The notes: generated from the letters alone by a model not told the origin. 37,804 bases of DNA from Gemmatimonadota bacterium (GCA_040905425.1 JBBDRO010000052.1:1-37804), one strand, 5' to 3'; positions 9,706-19,504 are shown, counted from the stretch's first letter. Program-made: numbers and translations.

Positions 9706-10392
9706 ATGAGCCAGGCCGTGGGCCCAGCCGATGCATCGGGAGAGCGGCGCGAGCAGATCGTGCGCGCGCTGACCGTGCATTTTGCCGCCGACCGCCTGGG
9801 GATGGAGGAACTGGAGCGGCGGCTGGACCTGGCGCACCGCGCCCGCACGTCGGCCGAGCTGGAGACCGCACTCGAAGGACTGCCGGCCGTGGAGAGTACC
9901 AGTCCGCCTGCCGGGCGTGTGGCGCCGCGGACCGAGCGCCCGCCGGCGCCCGTGGAGCGCCAGCAACGGCGCTACGCCGTGGCCGTGATGAGCGGCGCCG
10001 ACCGGCGGGGCCACTGGGTGCCCGGCGAGCAGAACCTGGCGGTGGCCGTGATGGGCGGTGTGTCCCTGGATTTCCGTGAGGCCCATCTGCCGCCGGGTGT
10101 CACCGAGGTGACGGTCTTCGCGCTCATGGGCGGCTGTGACATCGTGGTGCCGCCGTGGGTACGCGTGGAGGCGGGCGGCTTTGCCTTGATGGGTGGCTTC
10201 GATGCGGCGGAGTCGGATCCCTCGGCGGAGGCGGACGCACCCACGCTGCGCATCAATGGACTGGCCATCATGGGCGGGGTGGAAATCAGTGTGCGCCTCC
10301 CCGGCGAGAGCGCGCGGGACGCCAAGCGGCGGCGCAAGGCCGAACGGCAGGAGCTCGCGGACCGCCAGCGCCGCCTGCAGCGCGGCGGCTGA
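9706..10392 (+). CDS. DUF1707 (SHOCT-like) domain protein with LiaF-like C-terminal beta domain
   Basis: REQIVRAL..HFAADRLGMEELERRLD..A+TSAEL...LP N-terminus; repeated MGG beta motifs (VMGGVSLDFREA, LMGG, IMGGVEI). Confidence 0.75.
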   Translation: MSQAVGPADASGERREQIVRALTVHFAADRLGMEELERRLDLAHRARTSAELETALEGLPAVESTSPPAGRVAPRTERPPAPVERQQRRYAVAVMSGADRRGHWVPGEQNLAVAVMGGVSLDFREAHLPPGVTEVTVFALMGGCDIVVPPWVRVEAGGFALMGGFDAAESDPSAEADAPTLRINGLAIMGGVEISVRLPGESARDAKRRRKAERQELADRQRRLQRGG

Positions 10393-10395
10393 CGC

Positions 10396-12234
10396 ATGGC
10401 GGCGCGCAAGGCGGTGGCGCCGCCCCACGAGGAGGAGGCGCTCGGTAAGGCCTATGACGCGCAGCTCATGCGCCGCCTGCTGCGCTACGTGGGTCCCTAT
10501 CGCTGGCGGGTAGCGGGCGCGGTCCTCCTCCTCCTCTGCGTGGCCACCCTCGAGCTGGTCGGCCCGCTCCTCACCGAGATCGCGCTGGACCGCGCCATAC
10601 CCGCCGGTGACCGGGGCATGCTGGCGCTCCTGGCCGGCGTGTTTCTGGCGGCCCTGCTGCTCTCCTTTGCCCTGCAATACGTGCAAACGCTGGTCACCAC
10701 GTGGCTGGGACAGCGCATCATGTACGACCTGCGCCGGGAGATCTTCGGCCGCCTCCAGCGCCTGGGCCTCCCCTTCTACGACCGCAATCCCGTGGGTCGG
10801 CTGATGACCCGCGTGACGAGTGACGTGGAAGTCCTGAACGAGCTCTTCAGCTCCGGCGTGGTGAGCGTCTTCGGGGACGTCTTCACACTGGTGCTCATCG
10901 TGGGCGCCATGTTCTGGCTGGACTGGCGGCTGGCGCTGGTGGCGCTGGCTGTGATGCCCGCCGTGTTCCTGGCGGCGGGGGTCTTCCGGGCCCGCATCCG
11001 CGATGCGTACCGGGACATCCGGGTGCGGCTGGCGCGCATCAACGCCTTCCTCCAGGAGCATCTCACCGGCATCCCCGTCATCCAGCTGTTCGGTCGCGAG
11101 GCGGCCACGGAGCGGCGCTTTCGCGAAGTGGATGGGGCCTATCTGGACGCCCACCTGCGCTCGATCACGTACTACGCCCTGTTCTTTCCGGTGATCGAGG
11201 TGCTCACGGCCGTGGCGCTGGCCGCCATCGTGGGTTTCGGGGGCTTCTGGATCCTGGAGGGCACCATGACCATCGGTGTGGTGGCAGCCTTCCTGCAGCT
11301 GGCGCGGCGCTTCTTCCGCCCCATCCAGGACCTGTCAGAGAAATACAACATGCTGCAGGGGGCCATGGCCTCCTCCGAGCGCATCTTCAAGCTGCTGGAC
11401 ACGGAGCCCGACGTGTCCGAGCGGCCCGGCGGCCGGTCCCTACCCGCACGACCGAAGGGGGAGATCGAGTTCCGCGGTGTGTGGTTCGCCTACCTGACCC
11501 GGGAGGGCGCCGCCACCGGTGCGGCCGGGTCCGATTGGGACTGGGTGCTGCGTGACGTGAGCTTCCGGGTGGCACCCGGCCAACGCATGGCCATCGTGGG
11601 GCACACGGGCGCCGGCAAGACCAGCCTGATCGCCTTGCTGCTGCGTTACTACGAGCCGCAGCGCGGGGAGATCCTCTTCGACGGCGTGTCCATCCGTGAG
11701 CTGGACGTGGGGGCGCTGCGCGAGCGCGTGGGGCTGGTGCTCCAGGACGTGTTTCTGTTCAGTCGGGACGTGGGGTACAACATCCACCTGGGGCGCAGCG
11801 ACATTGATCGCACCCGGGTGGAGCGCGCCGCGGCCCGTGTGGGGGCCGACGAGGTGGTGGCACGCCTCCCCCGCGGCTACGACGAGCCGCTCGGCGAGCG
11901 CGGCGCAACCCTCTCAGTGGGCGAGCGCCAGCTCCTGTCCTTTGCCAGGGCCCTGGCCTTCGATCCACAGGTCCTCATCCTGGACGAGGCCACCAGTTCC
12001 GTGGATTCCGCCCTGGAGGAACGCATCGAGCGGGCCCTCGGCGAACTCATGAAGGGCCGCACTTCGCTGGTCATCGCGCACCGCCTCTCCACGGTGCGGA
12101 GCGCCGATCGAATCCTGGTCCTGCACCATGGCCAGGTGCGCGAGGAGGGCACGCACGCCGAACTGCTCTCGCACGGCGGCCTCTATGCGCGCCTGCACGA
12201 ACTGCAGTTCGCCTCGGCACGGGGGGCGGCGTGA
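10396..12234 (+). CDS. ABC exporter, fused permease/ATPase (MsbA/MdlB-like)
   Basis: TM domain, GHTGAGKT Walker A, LSVGERQ signature, ILDEATS, IAHRLST. Confidence 0.95.
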   Translation: MAARKAVAPPHEEEALGKAYDAQLMRRLLRYVGPYRWRVAGAVLLLLCVATLELVGPLLTEIALDRAIPAGDRGMLALLAGVFLAALLLSFALQYVQTLVTTWLGQRIMYDLRREIFGRLQRLGLPFYDRNPVGRLMTRVTSDVEVLNELFSSGVVSVFGDVFTLVLIVGAMFWLDWRLALVALAVMPAVFLAAGVFRARIRDAYRDIRVRLARINAFLQEHLTGIPVIQLFGREAATERRFREVDGAYLDAHLRSITYYALFFPVIEVLTAVALAAIVGFGGFWILEGTMTIGVVAAFLQLARRFFRPIQDLSEKYNMLQGAMASSERIFKLLDTEPDVSERPGGRSLPARPKGEIEFRGVWFAYLTREGAATGAAGSDWDWVLRDVSFRVAPGQRMAIVGHTGAGKTSLIALLLRYYEPQRGEILFDGVSIRELDVGALRERVGLVLQDVFLFSRDVGYNIHLGRSDIDRTRVERAAARVGADEVVARLPRGYDEPLGERGATLSVGERQLLSFARALAFDPQVLILDEATSSVDSALEERIERALGELMKGRTSLVIAHRLSTVRSADRILVLHHGQVREEGTHAELLSHGGLYARLHELQFASARGAA

Positions 12235-12318
12235 GGACCCGTACCGGCCTGCTTCTTGCCCGCTCGGGCACGGGCGGACCCACGACGGGCCCGCACCGGC
12301 GAGAGGGGAAGTGAGCGC

Positions 12319-12510
12319 ATGCGCCTGGCTCTGGTGCTGATCGTCCTGGTGCTCGACGTCTGGGCGCTGGGCAGTCTCTTCGGGTCCGCGCTCAGCGGAC
12401 GCCGCAAGCTGGCCTGGAGCGTAGCCATGGTATTCATTCCCCTGATTGCGGCGGCCGCATGGCTGATCCGCAACGCCGGGCACGAGCGCTCGCCACAGAG
12501 CCAATCATGA
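12319..12510 (+). CDS. Small membrane protein, PLDc_N-like
   Basis: LVLDVWAL...S..RKLAW....FIPLI...WL pattern; ATGA overlap with the next gene. Confidence 0.65.
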   Translation: MRLALVLIVLVLDVWALGSLFGSALSGRRKLAWSVAMVFIPLIAAAAWLIRNAGHERSPQSQS

Positions 12511-12893
12511 ACGGAGACAAGATCCTGGTGGTGGACGATGACCCGGACGCGCGGGACATCGTGCGCACCTTCCTGGACGCCAACGGTTACGAGGTGACCA
12601 CCGCGGCCACGGGCAAGGAGGCGCTGGCCAAGATGGAGGAAGTCCATCCTGTGCTGGTGCTGCTGGACGTGATGATGCCAGGTATGGACGGTTGGGAGGT
12701 GGCCCGGGTCATCAAGAACCATCCGGAGTTCGAGGACGTACGGATCGTCATGCTCACCGCCCGCAGTGACTTCACGGACAAGCAGGAGGGTCTGCGTTCA
12801 GGCGCCGACGATTACATCGTCAAGCCCATCGACCTGGAGAACCTGGCGGAGCGCGTGCAGCGCAACCTGGCCGCCCGGGGAAAGCAGGCGTGA
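12507..12893 (+). CDS. Single-domain response regulator (REC)
   Basis: ILVVDDD, LLDVMMP, MLTA, YIVKP. Confidence 0.93.
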   Translation: MNGDKILVVDDDPDARDIVRTFLDANGYEVTTAATGKEALAKMEEVHPVLVLLDVMMPGMDGWEVARVIKNHPEFEDVRIVMLTARSDFTDKQEGLRSGADDYIVKPIDLENLAERVQRNLAARGKQA

Positions 12894-14755
12894 GGATTCT
12901 GGCGCGTGTGCGCGACGCGGCGCTTCAGCGCTCCGTCGTTCAGGCCGCCGAACGCCTCGGCGCCGAGCTGGTGGATGGCGCTCCGGGTGGCGACGGAAGC
13001 GCCGCGTCGCCGAGCGGGGCGGCGGACATCCTGGTGCTGGAGATCGAGAACGGCACCGACACCGCCGCCCTGCGCGAGCAGGCGCGGCGCACGGACACCG
13101 CCCTGCTGCTGGCCTGTGCCGACAGCGAGAAGTGTGACGGCAAGGCGCTCTCCGAGGGAGATGACTGGCTCGCGCTGCCAGCCTCGGACGCCGAGGTACG
13201 CACCCGCATCGAGATTGCCCAGCAGCGTGCGCGCGGCCTGCGCGCCCAGCGGGAGAAGCAGGAGGCCGCCGAGCTGATCCGCTACGAGGAACTGCTCTAC
13301 GACAAGCTGACCGGCTTCCCCACCCTGCCCGTGATGATCGAGAAGGCGCGCGAGCTGCTGGAACGCCGTGGCGAACTCACGGTGCTCTACATCCACTTCG
13401 TCTGGTACGAGAAGATCGAGGAGATCTACGGCTGGCAGAAGCTGGATGACGTGTTGGAGACCACGGCCGGCGCGGTGCGCACGTTCTACAGCCGGGAGGC
13501 CGCCAGTACGGAGAGCATGGCCATGGTCTCCCACATCGCCGATGACGACTTCATCCTCTTCACCCATGTGCCGGTCTCCCCGGAGATGGCCGAGAAGCGG
13601 CTGCGCGCGCTGGCGCAACGCCTGGAGAGCTTCCTGCGCGAGCGGGTGGAGGCCGATCACGGGGAGGACATCGCGGCGCTGTGCGGTATCTACGTGGGCG
13701 CCGCCACGGTCTTCCGCAACCCCAAGATCCGCACGGAGCGCCTCATCTACCGCGGCATCCGCGAGGCCGCCCAGGCGGCGCGCGGCGCCGAGCAGTGGGA
13801 GCGCACCCGCAAGGTCAATGATCTGAAGAGCACCATCCGGGACGGCTCGGTCTTCATCGAGTACCACCCCATCATCGTCACGGAGACGGAGGAGATCTTC
13901 GGCTTCGAGGCGCTGGCCCGCGGTGTCAAGCGGGAACTCCGCTCCCCGGAGGTACTCTTTGAAGTGGCGGAGGAGGCCAACATGGTCTGGGAGCTGTCGC
14001 GGCTCCTGCGCAAGCGGGCCGTGGACGGCATCATCAACGATCTGGAGGACGGGCAGCTGCTCTTCCTCAACATCGACCCGCACGACTTCAACGACCCCAC
14101 ATTCCGCAACCTCGACCCCGGCGACCTGGGCAGCGTCAAGGACCCGAGCCGCATCGTGCTCGAGATCACCGAGCGGACCGCCATCAAGGACTACCCCGCC
14201 TTCCAGGAGTATCTGGCGGTCTTCCGCGAGCGCGGCTTCCGCTTTGCCGTGGATGACGCCGGCAGCGGCTACGCCGGCCTGGGTTCGATTGCCAACCTGG
14301 CCCCCGACTTCATCAAGCTGGACATCTCGCTGGTGGCCAACATCGACACCAACTTCCTTAAGCAGAACCTGGTGGAGACCATGGTCCAGTTCGCGGAGGG
14401 CCAGGGCGCCAAGGTGATCGCGGAGGGGGTGGAGCGGCAGGAGGAGTTCGAGGCCATCAAGGAGCTGGGCGTCCACTACACCCAGGGCTTCCTCTTCCAC
14501 AAGCCGCGCTATGCCGGCCTGCCCAAGGGCGGCGGCACCGCGGCCTTCTCCCACGCCCAGGCCAAGGAGAACCAGGCCGAGGAGGCGGCCGCCGAAAAGG
14601 AGGCCGCGGCCGAGCAGAAGGCCCAGGCCGAAGCCAAGCTGGAAGCGGCCGAGGCGGAGGCCAAGGCGGAGCGGGTGGTGGAGGCGGCCGAGCGCGCGGA
14701 GGCGGCCCGGGAGGCCGCGGAGGAGTCGGGGAAGACGGGGGCGGGCGGCGGCTGA
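12890..14755 (+). CDS. EAL-domain c-di-GMP phosphodiesterase with degenerate REC and GGDEF domains
   Basis: DKLTGFP and ADDDF (degenerate GGDEF); FEALAR, LEITE, AVDDAGSGY, IKLD, EGVE, QGF; Ala/Glu/Lys-rich tail. Confidence 0.9.
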   Translation: MRILARVRDAALQRSVVQAAERLGAELVDGAPGGDGSAASPSGAADILVLEIENGTDTAALREQARRTDTALLLACADSEKCDGKALSEGDDWLALPASDAEVRTRIEIAQQRARGLRAQREKQEAAELIRYEELLYDKLTGFPTLPVMIEKARELLERRGELTVLYIHFVWYEKIEEIYGWQKLDDVLETTAGAVRTFYSREAASTESMAMVSHIADDDFILFTHVPVSPEMAEKRLRALAQRLESFLRERVEADHGEDIAALCGIYVGAATVFRNPKIRTERLIYRGIREAAQAARGAEQWERTRKVNDLKSTIRDGSVFIEYHPIIVTETEEIFGFEALARGVKRELRSPEVLFEVAEEANMVWELSRLLRKRAVDGIINDLEDGQLLFLNIDPHDFNDPTFRNLDPGDLGSVKDPSRIVLEITERTAIKDYPAFQEYLAVFRERGFRFAVDDAGSGYAGLGSIANLAPDFIKLDISLVANIDTNFLKQNLVETMVQFAEGQGAKVIAEGVERQEEFEAIKELGVHYTQGFLFHKPRYAGLPKGGGTAAFSHAQAKENQAEEAAAEKEAAAEQKAQAEAKLEAAEAEAKAERVVEAAERAEAAREAAEESGKTGAGGG

Positions 14756-14764
14756 GAGCGCACC

Positions 14765-14794
14765 TTGTACACCGTAGCACATTTGTGCTATAAT
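14765..14794 (+). promoter_or_regulatory. TA operon promoter with overlapping palindromic operator
   Basis: TTGTAC (14765-70), 18 bp, TGnTATAAT (14786-94); inverted repeat TAGCACA-TT-TGTGCTA (14775-14790). Confidence 0.75.
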
Positions 14795-14823
14795 GAGGAA
14801 TCGACCGTACCCTGGAGGTTCCG

Positions 14824-15051
14824 ATGGTGAGGAAGGTAACGCTCCGACAGGTTGGTGGTTCCATTGGCGCCACGTTGCCCAAGGACATGGCCGACCGGCT
14901 GCACATCAAGGCTGGCGACGATGTATTCGCCGTCGAAACGGAACAGGGCATCCTGCTCACTCCGTACGATCCCACCTTCGACGAGGCCATGGCCGCGTAC
15001 AGGCGGACGGCCAGCAAGTATCGCAACGCCCTCCGGGAACTCTCGAAGTAA
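14824..15051 (+). CDS. AbrB/MazE/SpoVT-family antitoxin
   Basis: LRQVGGSIGATLPK swapped-hairpin motif, C-terminal YRNALRELSK, GGAGG RBS, directly upstream of doc. Confidence 0.9.
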   Translation: MVRKVTLRQVGGSIGATLPKDMADRLHIKAGDDVFAVETEQGILLTPYDPTFDEAMAAYRRTASKYRNALRELSK

Positions 15052-15055
15052 GCGT

Positions 15056-15451
15056 GTGGAGGAGCCTACCTGGTTGACCAGCGCCACGGTGGAAGTCCTG
15101 CACGCCGAGCAGATTCGGGAGCACGGAGGGCAGGCCGGCGTCAGAGACCCAGGCCTCCTTGAGTCCGCTGTGGCGCGCCCGCGGCATCAATGGAGCTACG
15201 GCACTACTGCGGATCTGGCCGGTGTGGCCGCGGAATACGGATTCGGCATTGCCAAGAACCATCCTTTCCTGGACGGTAACAAGCGCGTTGCCTTCGCCGC
15301 CACGAACGTTTTCCTCCTCATGAACGGCTGGGAAATCGAAACGCCTGAACCCGCCGTGGTGGACGTCATGTTACGCGTAGCTGACGGCCGCATGGACCGC
15401 GACGGCCTGGCTGCCTGGCTACGTTCCGTGCTCGTCCCCTTCGTGGATTAG
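15056..15451 (+). CDS. doc: Death-on-curing (Fic/Doc) toxin
   Basis: HGG..GVRD.GLLESAVARP and HPFLDGNKR Fic motif; GTG start just after the antitoxin stop. Confidence 0.92.
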   Translation: MEEPTWLTSATVEVLHAEQIREHGGQAGVRDPGLLESAVARPRHQWSYGTTADLAGVAAEYGFGIAKNHPFLDGNKRVAFAATNVFLLMNGWEIETPEPAVVDVMLRVADGRMDRDGLAAWLRSVLVPFVD

Positions 15452-15459
15452 CCCCGAGC
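15316..15459 (+). repeat. 144-bp direct repeat, left copy (3' end of doc plus 8 nt)
   Basis: Identical to 20832-20975 by manual comparison. Confidence 0.95.
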
Positions 15460-16678
15460 GGCGAGCCGGTCCACCTCCAACATGCTCGGCCAGCCGCGCC
15501 AGCGTCTGGTAGCCCAGCTCCACCGCCCCGAAGCCGATGGTGAAGTCCCGCGCCTCCTTCGAGGCCAGGCGCATGCGCATGCTGACCCGCGTGCGCCGGC
15601 CTTCCTCCTCCTCCGCAAAGCTCACCCACACATCGAAGCCGTGCGGGTCCTCGTCCGTGTCAGCGTCGTGACGGTACTCGAGGCGCGCGGGCGGCTCGAT
15701 CGCCCGATAGGTTACGCGGTTGGGGTAGACGGTGCCGTCGGGGCCCGTCATGGTGTAGCGCCAGGCGCCGCCCACGCGCACGTCCATGCTCAGCGTCTCG
15801 GTCGTGTAGCCGCGCGGCCCCATCCAGCGGTCCACGTGCTCCGGGCTGGTCCACGCCTCGAAGACCAGCGCGCACGGCGCGTCCACGACGCGTGAGAGGA
15901 CCAGCTCCCGCTTCGCGCCCGCGCCCGCTGGCGCCAGCGCGTCCAGAATCTCCTCCAACCGATCCATGGCCACGCGCCACCGCCCGCCGGGCCTGGCGTC
16001 CACCTCACACGCCTCGTTCACGTAGCCACGTGGACCCCACCAGGCCGCCATGTGCCGGGCCTCCGTGCACGATTCCCACACCAGCGCGCGCGGCGCGGCG
16101 AAGACGCGGCGCTGAAGAATGACGGGTTGCGCGGGCGGGTAGACGAACATCGTCGCTTCAGAAACGCCGCCGCCCATGTGGGCCAGCTCCCCGGCCAACC
16201 GCTCGAACGCCTCGATCCAGCCCTGCACCTCATCCTGGTCCCGCTCGAGTCCGCTCTGGCGCACGGTCACCTTCGTGCGGGCGGCGTCCAGCGCTTCGAA
16301 GCGCACGTCGACGCGCATCTCGGCCGGGAAGCCCGGGCGCTCGCGCCGCGCCCCTGAGGGATCCGAGAAGTGGCACGGGAAGACCAGCCGCTCCGGCGCC
16401 GCCACCTCCTCCTAGATCCCCTTCACCCAGACGTCCTCGTGCTCCTCGAACGTAAGTTGGAAGTGCAGCTCCCCGCCCGGCCGCGGGTCGAGCCGGCAGA
16501 CGGGCAGGGCGAAGCCGCGCGGCCCGAACCAGCGCGGCAGCGCCTCCGGATCCGTCCACGCGGCGAAGACGGCGCTACGCGGCGCGTCAAAGGTGCGGGA
16601 TAGGACCAGCGCGCTGCCGGCCGCCGCCTGCGCCGCCCGCGGTGTCTCCGAGGTAGGATTATCCATGGCCGTGCTCAT
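15419..16678 (-). pseudogene. Decayed tandem SRPBCC (AHSA1/START-like) domain gene
   Basis: Three SRPBCC units (R.FDAP..VF.AWT...W.GPRG). In-frame TAG at 16412-16414 (KGI*EEV, likely Tyr). The second unit lacks its central part, and the 3' end runs on into doc on the opposite strand. Confidence 0.75.
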
Positions 16679-17012
16679 CGGTCTGCTTCCCGTGTTGGAG
16701 GTCCTTGAGGTAGTCATCCAGGCGACCGAAGCTCTCCTCCCAGTGCCGCCGGTAGTGCTCCATCCAGGCGTCCACCTCGCGGAGCGGCTCCGGGGTGAGG
16801 CGGGCCGGCCGCCACTGCGCCTCCCGGCTCCGCTCGATGAGCCGCGCCCGCTCCAGTACCTTCAGGTGCCGGGAGATGGCGGGCAGGCTGATGGTGAAGG
16901 GGGCGGCCAACTCGGTGACGGTGGCTTCTCCGCGCGAGAGCCTGGACAGGATGGCCCGCCGCGTGGGGTCGGCCAGCGCCGAGAGGGTGCTGCTGAGGGT
17001 GTCCGTGGTCAT
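16659..17012 (-). CDS. ArsR/SmtB-family transcriptional regulator
   Basis: ALADPTRRAIL, TVTELA, SLPAISRHLKVLE, REAQWR; typical partner of SRPBCC genes. Confidence 0.92.
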   Translation of the reverse strand: MTTDTLSSTLSALADPTRRAILSRLSRGEATVTELAAPFTISLPAISRHLKVLERARLIERSREAQWRPARLTPEPLREVDAWMEHYRRHWEESFGRLDDYLKDLQHGKQTDEHGHG

Positions 17013-17020
17013 GGGAATTC

Positions 17021-17076
17021 AACCATATAGTTAATTAACGTTTCGATAAAATACAGAACGTGCGGATGGACGTCAA
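17021..17076 (-). promoter_or_regulatory. Promoter and probable ArsR operator
   Basis: Minus strand TTGACG (17076-71), 17 bp, TATTTT (17053-48); imperfect palindrome AACCATATAGTT (17021-32) and perfect GTTAATTAAC (17030-39) just upstream of the start codon. Confidence 0.6.
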
Positions 17077-17157
17077 GAGGGCAGCACGTTCTGGCCCCCC
17101 GGCGACTCTCACGAGGGGCAGGAAGTCCACGTGCGCGCCACGGCTGAACCGACCGGT

Positions 17158-18387
17158 CTACCTTCGCATCTTATGAAGCTGCACGCGCTGCACGCCCATG
17201 TCGTCATGGACAATGGCCAGCACGTAATTCCGACCGATGTCGAGCAGATCCTTGACGGTGCCCGTCTGCTCCGATGCGGATCTGAATCGGACCGGGATCG
17301 TGGCCGGCTGTGCCACGCTCGTGAGCCAGCGGCCGGCATAGTTGTATACGTCCCACCGCGGCAGGTCCCGATGCCAGGGCAATGAGTAGCGCAGCACCCA
17401 GAGGTTTCCGTCAGCATCGACGGACAGGGCGCGAAAGTGGGGTAGCGTCCGCGGGAAGTCTACATACCTGAGTGCGGTTTCCATGCGCCTGAGTCGGTCG
17501 CCGGACAGTCCGTCGAGCACGAGTTCCACGTAGCGGCGTTGATGCTCGTCCGTCACACTCGAGGCAGCGCGCCCGGCTTCGATGGTGACCTGGTGCCTGC
17601 CAGCCCGGTTGTATCCCTGGATGCTGCCAACCTCGGACTGGCCCACCCAAAGGTGGCCGCGGCCGGCGGCCGTCCAGACCGAGGGGGAGAACGGATAGGG
17701 GACGGTACCCCAACTGGTGCGGTAGTAATATTTTCCGGGAAACTGCTCTACCCAGATGCGCTCGCCGGTCAGGGTATCCAGGATCCGGAAGCCCCGCTGC
17801 ACCCGCCTTAGCTCCGGCCTCTCCGGCAGCGAACCATTATCCTGATCGGAGACATCCATCGCTAGGCGCGTGCCATCGAGAATGGTGGCACCGGTCATGA
17901 AGGCGGAGCCGGGAATCAGACCGGTTCGGCCGACTTGGCCCCGCGGCCCGAAAACAGTGAAGCGCCGATCATAACCCAAGACTAATAGGGAGTCGCCGGG
18001 CAGGAAGTGGGCTCCGGCGAGCGACCTTGTCTCGCCGGGCCCCCCACCCCACGAGCCAACGGAGACCAGGTGCAGGCCAGCATCATCGTAGTAGCGCACC
18101 TTAAAGAAGCCCTGGCGGAAGTCCACCACCACGATGGTGCCGTCGCTCAGTACCCCGGCCGCGAAGACGTTGACCAGGATTTGCTCCTCCGGGCCGTCCG
18201 CCACGCCGATCGAGACGATAGGATCGGAGTCGATCTGCCAGGCGTCGTACCCCCACAGGGGCGCGGTGTCTCGCGCCACCAGGACGGACGTTTGCGCCCA
18301 GATCGGAGCCGGGGTGTACAGGAGCATGGCCGCGGCGATGCTCCAAGCTGCCGCGCGAGCCCGGCCATTAACGGGCTTCCTGCGCAT
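17158..18387 (-). CDS. Secreted protein, probable 6-bladed beta-propeller
   Basis: Signal peptide ending IWA-Q; blade-like repeats (SDGTIVVVD, G.WGGGPGE, LPGDSLLV, GHLWVG, VDADGNLWV, WDVY..AGRWL). Alternative start at 18441. Confidence 0.7.
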   Translation of the reverse strand: MRRKPVNGRARAAAWSIAAAMLLYTPAPIWAQTSVLVARDTAPLWGYDAWQIDSDPIVSIGVADGPEEQILVNVFAAGVLSDGTIVVVDFRQGFFKVRYYDDAGLHLVSVGSWGGGPGETRSLAGAHFLPGDSLLVLGYDRRFTVFGPRGQVGRTGLIPGSAFMTGATILDGTRLAMDVSDQDNGSLPERPELRRVQRGFRILDTLTGERIWVEQFPGKYYYRTSWGTVPYPFSPSVWTAAGRGHLWVGQSEVGSIQGYNRAGRHQVTIEAGRAASSVTDEHQRRYVELVLDGLSGDRLRRMETALRYVDFPRTLPHFRALSVDADGNLWVLRYSLPWHRDLPRWDVYNYAGRWLTSVAQPATIPVRFRSASEQTGTVKDLLDIGRNYVLAIVHDDMGVQRVQLHKMRR

Positions 18388-18437
18388 GTTTCCCCCAAGA
18401 GTTTTCGAACCGCGCACGCAAAGTCCGGTGATCGGCG

Positions 18438-19118
18438 TCATCCCCCCGACGGAGTTTCCGCGAGCCGGGTTCGAACCATCTCGATGAGTTCGAGCGAGTC
18501 AGGGGTGGACGCGAGTAGGATGCCGTTGACGATGAGGGACGGCGTCCCCGGGAGGCCTATCTCTCTCGCTGCAGCCTGATCGGCCTCGATATCGACATCG
18601 ACCTGATCATCTTGCAGGCAGGCACTGAATTCCTCGAGGTCGGCCACGCCTGCAGATTTCGCGAGATCCGTTGCGTTCAGCGTCGAAAGATCCTCAGAGG
18701 CATAGAGCAGATCATGGGCCGCTTCGAATCGATTCTGTCGCCCGGCACACTCCGCGATTCGCGCAGCGGGCATGGCATACTGATGGTTGGAGAGCGGAAA
18801 ATGCCGATACACAAGACGAACCTCGCCTGGAAAAGCACGTTGAACAGCGGCAAGGTGCGGTTCCAGCCGACGACACCAGGGGCATTGGTAGTCCCCGAAT
18901 TCAAGAATCACGAATCCTCCGGTCGGCGCTCCCATGACGTGTCCATCGGCAGCGTACGACCGCCAATCATCCACGGGCCTGTCCTCTCGCCCTGAGATTG
19001 GATCGGAAGCAGTGAACCGGTCCCAGGCAGCAGCACCGGCCAGTGCAATGGCGCAAAGCGCGACAAGCGCAGTTGCTCCGTCCAGGATAATGGTGCGGCG
19101 TCGATTCGTGGCACCCAT
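18438..19118 (-). CDS. Membrane-anchored DsbA/BdbD-family thiol-disulfide oxidoreductase
   Basis: N-terminal TM helix, EFGDYQCPWC active site, LVYRHFPL, GTPS cis-Pro loop; GAGGAG RBS before ATG at 19118. Confidence 0.9.
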   Translation of the reverse strand: MGATNRRRTIILDGATALVALCAIALAGAAAWDRFTASDPISGREDRPVDDWRSYAADGHVMGAPTGGFVILEFGDYQCPWCRRLEPHLAAVQRAFPGEVRLVYRHFPLSNHQYAMPAARIAECAGRQNRFEAAHDLLYASEDLSTLNATDLAKSAGVADLEEFSACLQDDQVDVDIEADQAAAREIGLPGTPSLIVNGILLASTPDSLELIEMVRTRLAETPSGG

Positions 19119-19249
19119 TTGAGGCACTCCTCCTCTTCCGGACCGTGGAGATGTTGTGTCCAGAGCTGCAGACCCAGCACCCGAAGGAATGGCGTCCGGT
19201 GGAGGGACGTGCGCCACACGTCCCTCCACCGGATTGATTCATCGCGGCC

Positions 19250-19504
19250 TTAGTTTTCCAGCTCGCACTCCGCGACCCAGTCCCATTGCTGGTCCTGGCA
19301 GAAGATTTCCACTCCCGGAGGCGAATTGCAGAGCTCGGTTGGGAGGGTCCCGCACTGGGCGATACAGTGGTCGATGGTGTCACTGCAATTCGGTACGCAT
19401 GCCCAACAGTTGTACTCCTGGGCCGATCCGACCCCAGCCCCGGCGGCAAGCTGAAGCAGCATGACCGATCCGGCGGCGACTCCCAGACGGATGAGGCTAC
19501 GCAT
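19250..19504 (-). CDS. Small secreted cysteine-rich acidic peptide (8 Cys)
   Basis: AAGGAGG RBS 6 nt before ATG 19504; Sec-type signal ending GSA-Q; 56-aa mature part C-x2-C-x3-C-x6-C-x3-C-x7-C-x9-C-x10-C. Confidence 0.8.
   Translation of the reverse strand: MRSLIRLGVAAGSVMLLQLAAGAGVGSAQEYNCWACVPNCSDTIDHCIAQCGTLPTELCNSPPGVEIFCQDQQWDWVAECELEN

Noticed and set aside
16412..16414. Programmed amber read-through (pyrrolysine or recoding) in the SRPBCC gene
   Set aside because: TAG is used as a normal stop elsewhere in the window, the position fits a TAC-to-TAG mutation, and the gene has other lesions
19250..19504. Ferredoxin, c-type cytochrome or radical-SAM RiPP precursor
   Set aside because: No CxxCxxCxxxC or CxxCH motif; it has a Sec signal and a DsbA neighbour but no rSAM or other modifying enzyme
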